A DNA stretch of 40,322 nucleotides from Alphaproteobacteria bacterium (GTDB lineage Bacteria; Pseudomonadota; Alphaproteobacteria; SMXP01), in assembly GCA_004356335.1 (NCBI GenBank), contig SMXP01000021.1:1-40322 (forward strand), given 5' to 3'. Numbering within the stretch: the first letter of the stretch is position 1; every line of letters begins with the position of its first letter. The notes under the pieces are model-generated. The model made no database searches and was not told the DNA's origin. It was given only the letters and a program-made list of their open reading frames with translations. Below, one piece after another: positions 33,299-40,322 of this stretch. Both the position numbers and the translations under genes were made by a program.

Positions 33299-34248
33299 TG
33301 TTCAATTTCATAAAACGTCTGCGCAAGAGAGGAATCCTGAGCATGAATCAACGGAATGTCCGGTACATAGGACAATACAATGACCGTCGCCTCTACCCGC
33401 TGGTCGATGACAAGCTGAAAACAAAGCTCTTGGCTACCGAGCATAACGTCAACGTGCCCGGCCTCATTGGAACAATTCAATATTACCACGAAACCCGACT
33501 CATTGATCGCATCATAGGGCAGCGCAGCGGTTTTGTTATCAAGCCGGCCAGAGGCTCAGGTGGAAAAGGAATTCTTGTGATTGTCGGCAGCAAAGGTGAG
33601 GCGTATTTAAGATCTAACGGCTCGGTTGTGACCCTGCCCGATATCCGGCGCCATTTATCGAATATTTTGAGTGGCCTATACAGTCTTGGCGGCAGTCAAG
33701 ATGTCGCCATCATCGAGGAATTGATTCATTCCGATCCACGGCTGGAACCTTACACCCATGAGGGTGTGCCCGATATTCGGGTCATCGTTTTCAAAGGCTT
33801 TCCCGTTATGGCCATGATACGCTTGGCCACCCGCCAATCGGCCGGCCGGGCCAACTTGCATCAGGGGGCCGTGGGTGTGGGTCTTGATTTAGCGGCGGGC
33901 CGGGCTTTGGGCGGTGTGCAATTCAATGCGCCCATAGAGATCCACCCCGACACCGGAGCAACTTTAAAAAATCTCTTTATTCCGAAATGGGAAGAACTGC
34001 TGGAGCTGTCAGCCAAATGTTTCGACATGTCCAATTTCGGTTATTTGGGGTGCGATTTCGTGCTCGATGAGTCTCACGGGCCTTTGCTGCTCGAATTGAA
34101 CGCGCGCCCGGGTCTTGCCATCCAAATCGCCAATCAAAGCGGATTGTTGCTTGCCCTCAATCACATCGAACAGGGTCGCGCGCCCAAAAATCTCTCCCCT
34201 AAACAAAGAGCATCTTACGCAATCGACAAATTGGCGAAACTATCCTGA
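33298..34248 (+). CDS. alpha-L-glutamate-ligase-like (RimK-related) ATP-grasp protein
   Basis: The start ATG 33298 overlaps the upstream TGA (TGATG). It has GILSMNQRNVRYIGQYNDRRLYPLVDDKLKTK and the ATP-grasp core FVIKPARGSGGKGI..DIRVIVF..ANLHQGAVGVG..GCDFVLD..GPLLLELNARPG. Confidence 0.8.
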   Translation: MFNFIKRLRKRGILSMNQRNVRYIGQYNDRRLYPLVDDKLKTKLLATEHNVNVPGLIGTIQYYHETRLIDRIIGQRSGFVIKPARGSGGKGILVIVGSKGEAYLRSNGSVVTLPDIRRHLSNILSGLYSLGGSQDVAIIEELIHSDPRLEPYTHEGVPDIRVIVFKGFPVMAMIRLATRQSAGRANLHQGAVGVGLDLAAGRALGGVQFNAPIEIHPDTGATLKNLFIPKWEELLELSAKCFDMSNFGYLGCDFVLDESHGPLLLELNARPGLAIQIANQSGLLLALNHIEQGRAPKNLSPKQRASYAIDKLAKLS

Positions 34249-34282
34249 TTCATTTGCCTCGCATGCCGTCATTTTGAACATT

Positions 34283-34490
34283 CTAGACCACGTTCACAAT
34301 TCATTGAATCGGGAACGCGGTCTAGATTTCCTATTGGTCGCGCATTCGAACCCAAAAACCGCGTACACTTTTTGTGAATGCGCTCTAGAGCATTTCCGAA
34401 CTTAACAGAATCGCGGAAACGCTCTAAGTTCTTGTTTGGTCGCGCCGTTTGCGCGCAAAACCGCACACACTTTTGCGCACGGCGCTCTAG
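34283..34490. repeat. Mosaic hairpin repeat locus R9a (modules D + A + E + A-like variant)
   Basis: Four consecutive hairpins bounded by CTAG and joined by linkers atttcctattggtc / gttcttgtttggtc. The last unit, gcgccgtttgcgcgcaaaaccgcacacacttttgcgcacggcgctctag, is a diverged module A. Confidence 0.9.
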
Positions 34491-34594
34491 ACACCTGTAA
34501 GAAGAAACGATAACGCCGTATCCCCGAGAAAATCATCTGCAACCGCCGCGCCAATTCTATGCCAGACAAGTATTGCTCTAACGGAAATAGGCCT

Positions 34595-34699
34595 TAGAGT
34601 GTTTCCAGGAAAAGTGGCCCCCGGTTTTCCGTCCGGAAACACGACAAAACAATAACTTATGGTCAGGTTTTGATTCCATCAAAACCGGAAAGACCCTAG
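34595..34699. repeat. Mosaic hairpin repeat locus R9b (module B)
   Basis: tagagtgtttccaggaaaagtggcccccggttttccgtccggaaacacgacaaaacaataacttatggtcaggttttgattccatcaaaaccggaaagaccctag. Confidence 0.9.
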
Positions 34700-34738
34700 A
34701 ATGGCCGTTTCGGTACGACCTCAACCATAAGAGAAACG

Positions 34739-35200
34739 ATGATTGAAATCGAAGAGATCACGACCAACAAGGCTGGGATTTGCCGCACGATTCTGGAAGC
34801 TCTTCCAGACCGGTTCGGCAATCAAAGAGTTGTCGAGCTCATTGTTAAAGAGGCTCCATTGCTATCTATGCTTGGCGCGCGTGACGGCGACGACTATGTG
34901 GGTATGATGACTGTTAAGCGGCAAACACCACAGACAATTGAAATTAGGGCCTTGGGTGTGATGCCCGATCGCCATCGGCAGGGGATCGGCCGGGCCTTGA
35001 TCCAAGAAGTGGAAAGCTACGCCATACAACAAGGGGCAGTCCTGCTTTCATTGAAGACCGTTGGCCCGTCAGATCCCAATCCGATCTACCAAAACACTCG
35101 TGCCTTTTACCATGCTCTCGGATTTGTCCAAGTTGAAGAACTGCCTCTCTGGGGGCCCGATGCAGCCTGCTTGTTGATGGTTAAGTCGTTAAAGCCGTGA
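34739..35200 (+). CDS. GNAT-family N-acetyltransferase
   Basis: 153 aa with the acetyl-CoA-binding motif RHRQGIGRALI (Q/RxxGxG/A) and a C-terminal YHALGF. Confidence 0.8.
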   Translation: MIEIEEITTNKAGICRTILEALPDRFGNQRVVELIVKEAPLLSMLGARDGDDYVGMMTVKRQTPQTIEIRALGVMPDRHRQGIGRALIQEVESYAIQQGAVLLSLKTVGPSDPNPIYQNTRAFYHALGFVQVEELPLWGPDAACLLMVKSLKP

Positions 35201-35301
35201 TCGTTATATCGGCGTTCGGCTCTCGAACTTTTCCACCGTTTACCGAATGGATGCCGCACACGACTATATGATGGCCAGGACGAAAAAGGATCGCCGCCGC
35301 A

Positions 35302-35949
35302 ATGAGCGCCACCATAGCCGAAGATATCTTCAGAAACCTGGCCGACCAAATCTTATCCGGACGCATAGCGCCCGGCCAAAGGATGGAGGAGCAAGTCGTC
35401 GCAAATGAATTCGGCGTTTCCCGAACGCCGGTGCGGGATGCCTTGAGGCAATTGGCGGCGACGGGTCTTGTGGAGATTAAACCCAATAGGGGAGTGACCG
35501 TTGTCGACCCCCCTATTCATCAGCTCAACGACATGTTCGAGGCCCTTGGAGAGCTTGAGGCGCTGTGCGCAAGACTAAGCGCACAACGAATGAGTGACAT
35601 CGAACGCAAGAAACTTGACATGATCATGCAAGAATGTCGAACGGCGATGCGCGGCAAGAATCGTAAGAAGTACGCAGATGCGAACGAGCAGTTTCACAAA
35701 TTGATCTATCAGGGCTCCCACAATCAAACTCTAGAAGAAATCGCCGTCGCTCTTTGGCAACGGCTAGAACCTTTCCGCAGATCCAGCTTTTTCGAAGTGC
35801 GCGGTCGCATGCAAGCATCGCTCAAAGAGCATGAAGGTATTTCAAAGGCGATTCTCGCCAAAAACGCCGAGCTGGCCCACACCATGATGCGGGATCACGT
35901 AACAAATTCAAACATGAATGCCGTTGAGCACTTAACGTCTCAAAAATGA
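35302..35949 (+). CDS. GntR-family transcriptional regulator (FadR/FCD subfamily)
   Basis: The N-terminal wHTH is ..RMEEQVVANEFGVSRTPVRDALRQLAATGLVEIKPNRG. The C-terminal domain is all-helical and FCD-like, with H..I/L motifs. Confidence 0.85.
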   Translation: MSATIAEDIFRNLADQILSGRIAPGQRMEEQVVANEFGVSRTPVRDALRQLAATGLVEIKPNRGVTVVDPPIHQLNDMFEALGELEALCARLSAQRMSDIERKKLDMIMQECRTAMRGKNRKKYADANEQFHKLIYQGSHNQTLEEIAVALWQRLEPFRRSSFFEVRGRMQASLKEHEGISKAILAKNAELAHTMMRDHVTNSNMNAVEHLTSQK

Positions 35950-35951
35950 TG

Positions 35952-36171
35952 CTAGAGCACGTTGACAAAAGATGGAATCCCTAACGTGCTCTAAGTCCTT
36001 GTTTGGTCGCGCATTCGGACGGAAAACCGGGTCCACTTTTCCTGAATGCGCTCTACGTCTTTGTTTGGTCGCGCATTCGGACGGAAAACCGGTGCCCGTT
36101 CATCCCTTCAATCGATCCACCGGATCGATTGACCTTGGCAAGGACGGTCTTCACTCCTGAATGCGCTCTAG
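35952..36171. repeat. Mosaic hairpin repeat locus R10 (module C + two B1-related units in tandem)
   Basis: Three hairpin units separated by the conserved junction gctcta(a/c)-GTC(C/T)TTGTTTGGTC-gcgcattcggacggaaaaccgg (35995-36030 and 36057-36092). It fills the entire gap between the GntR and PanE-like stops. Confidence 0.9.
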
Positions 36172-36172
36172 A

Positions 36173-37153
36173 TCAGGCATTATAGGCGCCGGCCAATTTA
36201 CCTTCCAGCTTGACAAGCGCTAGCACCGTATCAATGGTCGGTGTTTGGATCTTGTTTAGGCGACCTAACTCTTGCACCACACCGAGCAATGCATCGACCT
36301 CCATAATCCGACCCTTCTCCAGATCCTGCAACATGGAAGTTTTGTGATCGCCCACCTCGAGTGCACCGGCAATCCTTTTGTCCAGGTCGATCTTAAAGGT
36401 AACACCAAGGCTCTCGGCAATCAGTTTCGCCTCCAGCATCATCGCCCTGATAATCGTGAGCGCGCCCGGATCTTCGATTATCTGGCGAATTGTTCCGCCA
36501 GTGAGCGCACTTACGGGATTGAAACTGAGATTGCCCCAAAGCTTCACCCAAATTTCATCTCTAATGTTCGTACGCACCCGTGCTTTAAAACCGGCATTCG
36601 ACAGCATATCCGAAAGGATCAGCAAACGGGTCGATTTTGATCGATCGGGCTCTCCAATAGAAAACCGATTGCTATAAATATGTTTTATCACGCCGGGTTC
36701 GACGATCTCAGCCGCCGGATAGACGACACATCCGATCGCCCGTTCCGGGCCGATAAACTTCCATTGACTGTTCCCCGGATCAACCGACGCGATTCGTCTG
36801 CCGTCATAAGGCCCGCCATGTTGATAAAAGTACCACCACGGTATGCCGTTTTGGGCCGTAACAACAGCGGTGTCCCGACCGAGAAGCGGCGTCATGCGCT
36901 GTGCCACACTATGCGCCGACGGCGCTTTTACAGCGACGATAACATAGTCTTGCGGACCCAAATCATTAGGATCATCGGTACAGGGCATTTTTTCTATGTG
37001 TTCTTCGCCACCGATCAACAGCTTCAAGCCGTTCTTTTGAATAGCGCGCAGATGATCTCCGCGGGCGATACAGGTAACGTCGACGCCGGCTCGCTTGAGC
37101 TCAACGGCCAAATAACCGCCGATGGCACCGGCACCGTAAATACAAACCTTCAT
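36173..37153 (-). CDS. ketopantoate-reductase-family (PanE/ApbA) oxidoreductase; candidate oxalyl-CoA reductase
   Basis: 326 aa with the N-terminal Rossmann motif MKVCIYGAGAIGG and the PanE-like KTSMLQDLEKGR. ATGA overlap with the upstream ligase (37150-37153). Confidence 0.75.
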   Translation of the reverse strand: MKVCIYGAGAIGGYLAVELKRAGVDVTCIARGDHLRAIQKNGLKLLIGGEEHIEKMPCTDDPNDLGPQDYVIVAVKAPSAHSVAQRMTPLLGRDTAVVTAQNGIPWWYFYQHGGPYDGRRIASVDPGNSQWKFIGPERAIGCVVYPAAEIVEPGVIKHIYSNRFSIGEPDRSKSTRLLILSDMLSNAGFKARVRTNIRDEIWVKLWGNLSFNPVSALTGGTIRQIIEDPGALTIIRAMMLEAKLIAESLGVTFKIDLDKRIAGALEVGDHKTSMLQDLEKGRIMEVDALLGVVQELGRLNKIQTPTIDTVLALVKLEGKLAGAYNA

Positions 37154-38700
37154 GGCAACTTTGCTTTGCCCGGCTCAGTGAGGCCGAATTGTTTGTGTAG
37201 TCCAAGGCGCACCAGTTTTCCGGTTGCCCCCGTGGGAATTTCATCAACGAATAAGATCGTTCGGGGAATTTTGAAGGAGGCTAACTTCGACGACGCAAAA
37301 TCTTTAACTTCCTGCTTGTCCAGCGTCTGACCCTCTTTCAGCACGATTGCCGCACCTACTTCCTCGCCCAACTTTGGATCCGGTATGGCAAAAGTGACAA
37401 CTTGTGCAATGGCGGGGTGCTCCAAAAGGACCTCATCCACTTCGCGCGGCGATATCTTTTCGCCGCCGCGGTTGATGATCTCTTTCAATCGGCCGGTGAT
37501 ACGCAAATAGCCATCAGCGTCCAATTGTCCTTGATCGCCTGTACGGAACCATCCATGGCTGAAGGCCGCTTCATTGCCCTTGGGATTGGCCTCGTAACCA
37601 TGAGTGACGTTGGGCCCTCGAACAACGATTTCACCTATACTTTCATGCGGTAACAGGTTTCCTTCATTGTCCATGATGGCGATTTCCGGCCCGGCCGGCA
37701 ATCCCACCGATCCGGCCTTACGCGCACGTGGCGGCAATGGGTTCGACGACATTTGATGCGCCGCCTCGGTCATTCCATAGGATTCGATGACCGGACACCT
37801 GAATGTCTTCTCGAGTTCGGTCATAACGTTGGGCGGCAGCGAAGACGAGGACGATCGGATGAATCGCAAGTTTGATTTGGCCGCTATGTGGCGATTTCTT
37901 TCGGCACGAGCAAGAATGGCCTGATGCATGGTTGGAACCGCCGTGTACCAAGTGGGTTGCGCATCATCCAGCCAGCCAAAGAATCTCATCGCATTAAAAC
38001 CCGACGTACAATAAACGTTAGCCCCCACCGCCAAGCTTGCAAGCACCGCTGCCATCAGACCGTGAATATGAAAAAGCGGCATGATGTTGAGACATCGATC
38101 ATCCGCGGTCAATAATAAGAATTTAGAAACATGTTCCGCGGAGGCGCAGACATTGGCCTGGCTCAATGGCACTATCTTTGGTCGAGATGTTGTCCCCGAC
38201 GTGTGCAGAACGAGCGCGATATCCCCGGTCATTGCGGGCCCACCTGAGGACGCCGGCACTAGACCATGTTTTGGTGTCGTTAGGTCGAACATCCCGGCGG
38301 CGGCATTCGATTGAACCGCTATTGGGAAAATCGGAATTCCCAGTTTCTGCGCCACGTTAACGGCAGGAGATTGATCTCCCGCCATCACCACCAGTGCTTT
38401 CACATTAAGATCCAAAAGATGGAATCTGAACTCGTCGGTGCGATAATTCGGGTTCAAGGGAGCGGCAGTGGCACCTGCCGCAATGGTGATAAAAGCCGAC
38501 GCCATGACAGGACCATTCGGCAAGATAATGGCAACACGATCGTTCCGACCAATACCGGCCATATTGAGCGTGTCGATGACCGACTTGGTAAGTTCTAAAA
38601 GATCGCCGAAGGTAAGCGATGTTTGGCCTGGCGCGCTGATAGCCGCGCCGGATATATGATTTTGACTCAATAGTTCGAAAATCGTCGGGCCGACACTCAA
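37150..38700 (-). CDS. AMP-forming acyl-activating enzyme resembling oxalate--CoA ligase (AAE3/Pcs60 type)
   Basis: ORF 37150..38775. I prefer TTG 38700, which has GGAG 7 nt upstream. Motifs LHTSGTTSRPK, WYTAVPTMHQAIL, LRFIRSSSSSLPP, MTEAAHQMSSNPLP, VRGPNVTHGYE, GWFRTGD and GRLKEIINRGGEKISPREVD closely track Arabidopsis AAE3 as I remember it. Confidence 0.7.
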   Translation of the reverse strand: MSVGPTIFELLSQNHISGAAISAPGQTSLTFGDLLELTKSVIDTLNMAGIGRNDRVAIILPNGPVMASAFITIAAGATAAPLNPNYRTDEFRFHLLDLNVKALVVMAGDQSPAVNVAQKLGIPIFPIAVQSNAAAGMFDLTTPKHGLVPASSGGPAMTGDIALVLHTSGTTSRPKIVPLSQANVCASAEHVSKFLLLTADDRCLNIMPLFHIHGLMAAVLASLAVGANVYCTSGFNAMRFFGWLDDAQPTWYTAVPTMHQAILARAERNRHIAAKSNLRFIRSSSSSLPPNVMTELEKTFRCPVIESYGMTEAAHQMSSNPLPPRARKAGSVGLPAGPEIAIMDNEGNLLPHESIGEIVVRGPNVTHGYEANPKGNEAAFSHGWFRTGDQGQLDADGYLRITGRLKEIINRGGEKISPREVDEVLLEHPAIAQVVTFAIPDPKLGEEVGAAIVLKEGQTLDKQEVKDFASSKLASFKIPRTILFVDEIPTGATGKLVRLGLHKQFGLTEPGKAKLP

Positions 38701-38740
38701 CTGGGATCTCCTGTTACGGATTTTCGACGACGGGGCAATA

Positions 38741-38770
38741 TTGTATACATTATAGAAATTTCGTATACTT
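38741..38770. promoter_or_regulatory. Two GTATAC-core palindromes in the divergent ligase/formamidase promoter (candidate GntR-type operators)
   Basis: tTGTATACAt (core 38742-38749) and cGTATACt (38763-38768), with centres about 20 bp apart. They fit the FadR-subfamily GT-n-AC type consensus. Confidence 0.4.
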
Positions 38771-38861
38771 GTCAATTGAGCGCGACAAAGTAGGGCGACC
38801 GGAAGAGAAAATTGGCTTACTTTGTCCTCACCTATCTGGTCACATTGTCAGAGGGACCTTC

Positions 38862-39956
38862 ATGACGCTCATGCATCATCACGGCGAACCGGCCAAAGAC
38901 ACCTCCCCCACAGCGCTTCATCGCCTTAACGCGACCGCCCAAACCGTCCATTGGGGCTATTTCGATGCCGCACTGGCGCCGGTGCTTCGGGTATCGAGCG
39001 GCGACCTGATAGAGGCCCAAGCGGTCACCCACCATGCAGGCGATGCGCCCGACCTGATGATGGACAAGGCGATCGAGACACTCTACCGCGAGATTCCCGA
39101 GGCCGATCGTAATCCCGGCGTCCATATCATGACCGGCCCCATTCATATTGAAGGTGCCAAGCCCGGCGACATGCTGGAAGTGCGATATCTACGGATGACA
39201 CCGCGATTCAATTACGGCTCTAATCTGGCGGCCAATTGGGGCTATCTCTACAAGGAATTTGACGAAAAGGAACGGGTCACTATTTATAAGATCGACCCCA
39301 GCGCCAATCATGCCCAAGCAGTCTACGCGTATGATTTCCCCGGAAAATATGAGATTCCCGGTACGATTACCCATTGTCCGGTTTGTGATCGTGAATCAGC
39401 GCTTAAGGGTATTCGCGTTCCCGTCCGCCCTCATTTGGGAACGGCAGGCGTTGCACCTAATGTCACGGGCCGGATCAGCACGATTCCCCCAGGAGCTCAC
39501 GGCGGCAATATTGACAATTGGCGGATCGGAGCGGGAGCGACAATGTATTACCCGATCGCGGTCGACGGCGCACTTTTTTCAATCGGCGACCCGCATATCT
39601 CCCAAGGCGATGGCGAGCTCAGCGGCACGGCGATCGAAGCATCACTGAACGTATTGTTTCAGGTGGTTCTAAGGAAGGACTTTGAGTTTCCCTCACCGCT
39701 TCTCGAGACACCGAATTGGTGGATCGTGCATGGCTTTGACGAGGACCTTAACGTGGCCATGCGCAACGCGTCGTTAGACATGTTGACTCTACTGACCGAG
39801 CATCAGGGGTTGTCGCGCAACGATTCCTACTCGCTTATAAGCGTCGCCGCCGATTTCGCCGTTACCCAGGTAGTCGACGGCCGGCAGGGGATTCACGTGC
39901 GGATCCCAAGAGACATTTTTCCCAGTCGAGGCGTGGTGCAAGATGTCGATTTATAA
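38862..39956 (+). CDS. acetamidase/formamidase-family amidohydrolase
   Basis: ORF 38769..39956. The likely start is ATG 38862 (MTLMHHHGEP), with AGAGGGA upstream. Motifs TGPIHIEGAKPGDMLEV, HGGNIDNW and FSIGDPHISQGDGELSGTAIE are typical of FmdA/AmdA. Confidence 0.8.
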   Translation: MTLMHHHGEPAKDTSPTALHRLNATAQTVHWGYFDAALAPVLRVSSGDLIEAQAVTHHAGDAPDLMMDKAIETLYREIPEADRNPGVHIMTGPIHIEGAKPGDMLEVRYLRMTPRFNYGSNLAANWGYLYKEFDEKERVTIYKIDPSANHAQAVYAYDFPGKYEIPGTITHCPVCDRESALKGIRVPVRPHLGTAGVAPNVTGRISTIPPGAHGGNIDNWRIGAGATMYYPIAVDGALFSIGDPHISQGDGELSGTAIEASLNVLFQVVLRKDFEFPSPLLETPNWWIVHGFDEDLNVAMRNASLDMLTLLTEHQGLSRNDSYSLISVAADFAVTQVVDGRQGIHVRIPRDIFPSRGVVQDVDL

Positions 39957-39983
39957 TCTGACGATACGTTATCAGCGGAGCAA

Positions 39984-40322
39984 CTAGAGCACGTTCACAA
40001 AAGATGGAATCACTAACGTGCTCTAGGTCTTTATTTTGTCGCGCATTCGAACCCAAAAACCGCGGACACTTTTTGTGAATGCGCTCTAGAGTGTTTCCAG
40101 GAAAAGTGGCCACCGGTTTTCCGTCCGGAAACACGACAAAACAACAACTTAGGGTCAGGTTTGATTCCATCAAAACCGGAAAGACCCTAAACACAGCACC
40201 TTCCAAATACCCGAATGATCAGAGCGCATTCACAAAAAGTGTATGCGGTTTTTGGGTTCGAATGCGCGACCACTAAAGAATCTGGACCACGTTCTTCGAT
40301 TCTATGATTTATGAACGTGGTC
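39984..40322. repeat. Mosaic hairpin repeat locus R11 (modules C + A + B, spacer, inverted A, D; runs off the right edge)
   Basis: C 39984-40026, A 40041-40089, B 40086-40192, inverted A 40220-40268, and D from 40283 to the window end. The C+A part is nearly identical to R6. Confidence 0.9.

Noticed and set aside
35952-36171. Possible CRISPR-like array (repeats of about 36 nt separated by spacers of about 26-75 nt), also at 34283-34490
   Set aside because: There are only two or three repeats per locus. The apparent spacers are themselves repeated elsewhere in the window, the units are hairpins with variable spacing, and no cas genes are present. This is a REP/BIME-like mosaic, not CRISPR.
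1-40322. Search for mobile-element genes, prophage, toxin-antitoxin or defence-system genes, tRNA/rRNA and integration sites
   Set aside because: No transposase, integrase, recombinase, nuclease or helicase defence-type ORFs and no tRNA-like sequences were recognised. The window reads as core or accessory metabolic chromosome, and the only mobile-looking DNA is the non-coding repeat family.

Overview
This is a 40.3-kb chromosomal window that looks alphaproteobacterial; that is an inference from the protein families only. I saw no rRNA or tRNA genes, no transposase, integrase or phage genes, and no CRISPR array. About 38 protein-coding genes fall into five blocks. (i) 1-5.9 kb: a partial L,D-transpeptidase, an Lpp/OprI-type lipoprotein, an alpha/beta hydrolase, a truncated haemoglobin, two divergent LLM flavin oxidoreductases and a Cys-rich lipoprotein. 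(ii) 6.4-22.8 kb: a large membrane-lipid supercluster, which I consider the most interesting content. It holds serine palmitoyltransferase with a dedicated ACP and an acyl-AMP/ACP ligase (the bacterial sphingolipid core). It also holds three tightly packed operons: lptF-lptG-lipid kinase-Tam41-like cytidylyltransferase; CDP-alcohol phosphatidyltransferase-HAD phosphatase-LicC-like cytidylyltransferase; and fatty-acid hydroxylase-large GNAT-MobA-like nucleotidyltransferase-Wzx-like flippase. Together these suggest an uncharacterised phospho-sphingolipid head-group and export pathway, possibly through a CMP-activated ceramide phosphate. (iii) 23.5-30.9 kb: a phosphate-uptake locus with an OprP-type porin, pstS, PhoU fused to a degenerate LMW-phosphatase/ArsC-like domain, pstC, pstA and two PstB paralogues with complementary motif degeneration. 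(iv) 31.0-34.2 kb: a triad of DUF785 aspartic protease, 7TM transglutaminase-like protein and RimK-like ATP-grasp ligase, function unknown. (v) 34.7-40.0 kb: a GNAT, a GntR regulator, an oxalyl-CoA-synthetase-like ligase coupled to a PanE-like reductase, and a divergent formamidase. Many operon boundaries carry copies of a modular hairpin repeat family flanked by CTAG (11 loci, about 1.4 kb). These repeats also produce many spurious ORFs in the six-frame track. All functional calls come from reading translated motifs by eye, since no database search was possible.
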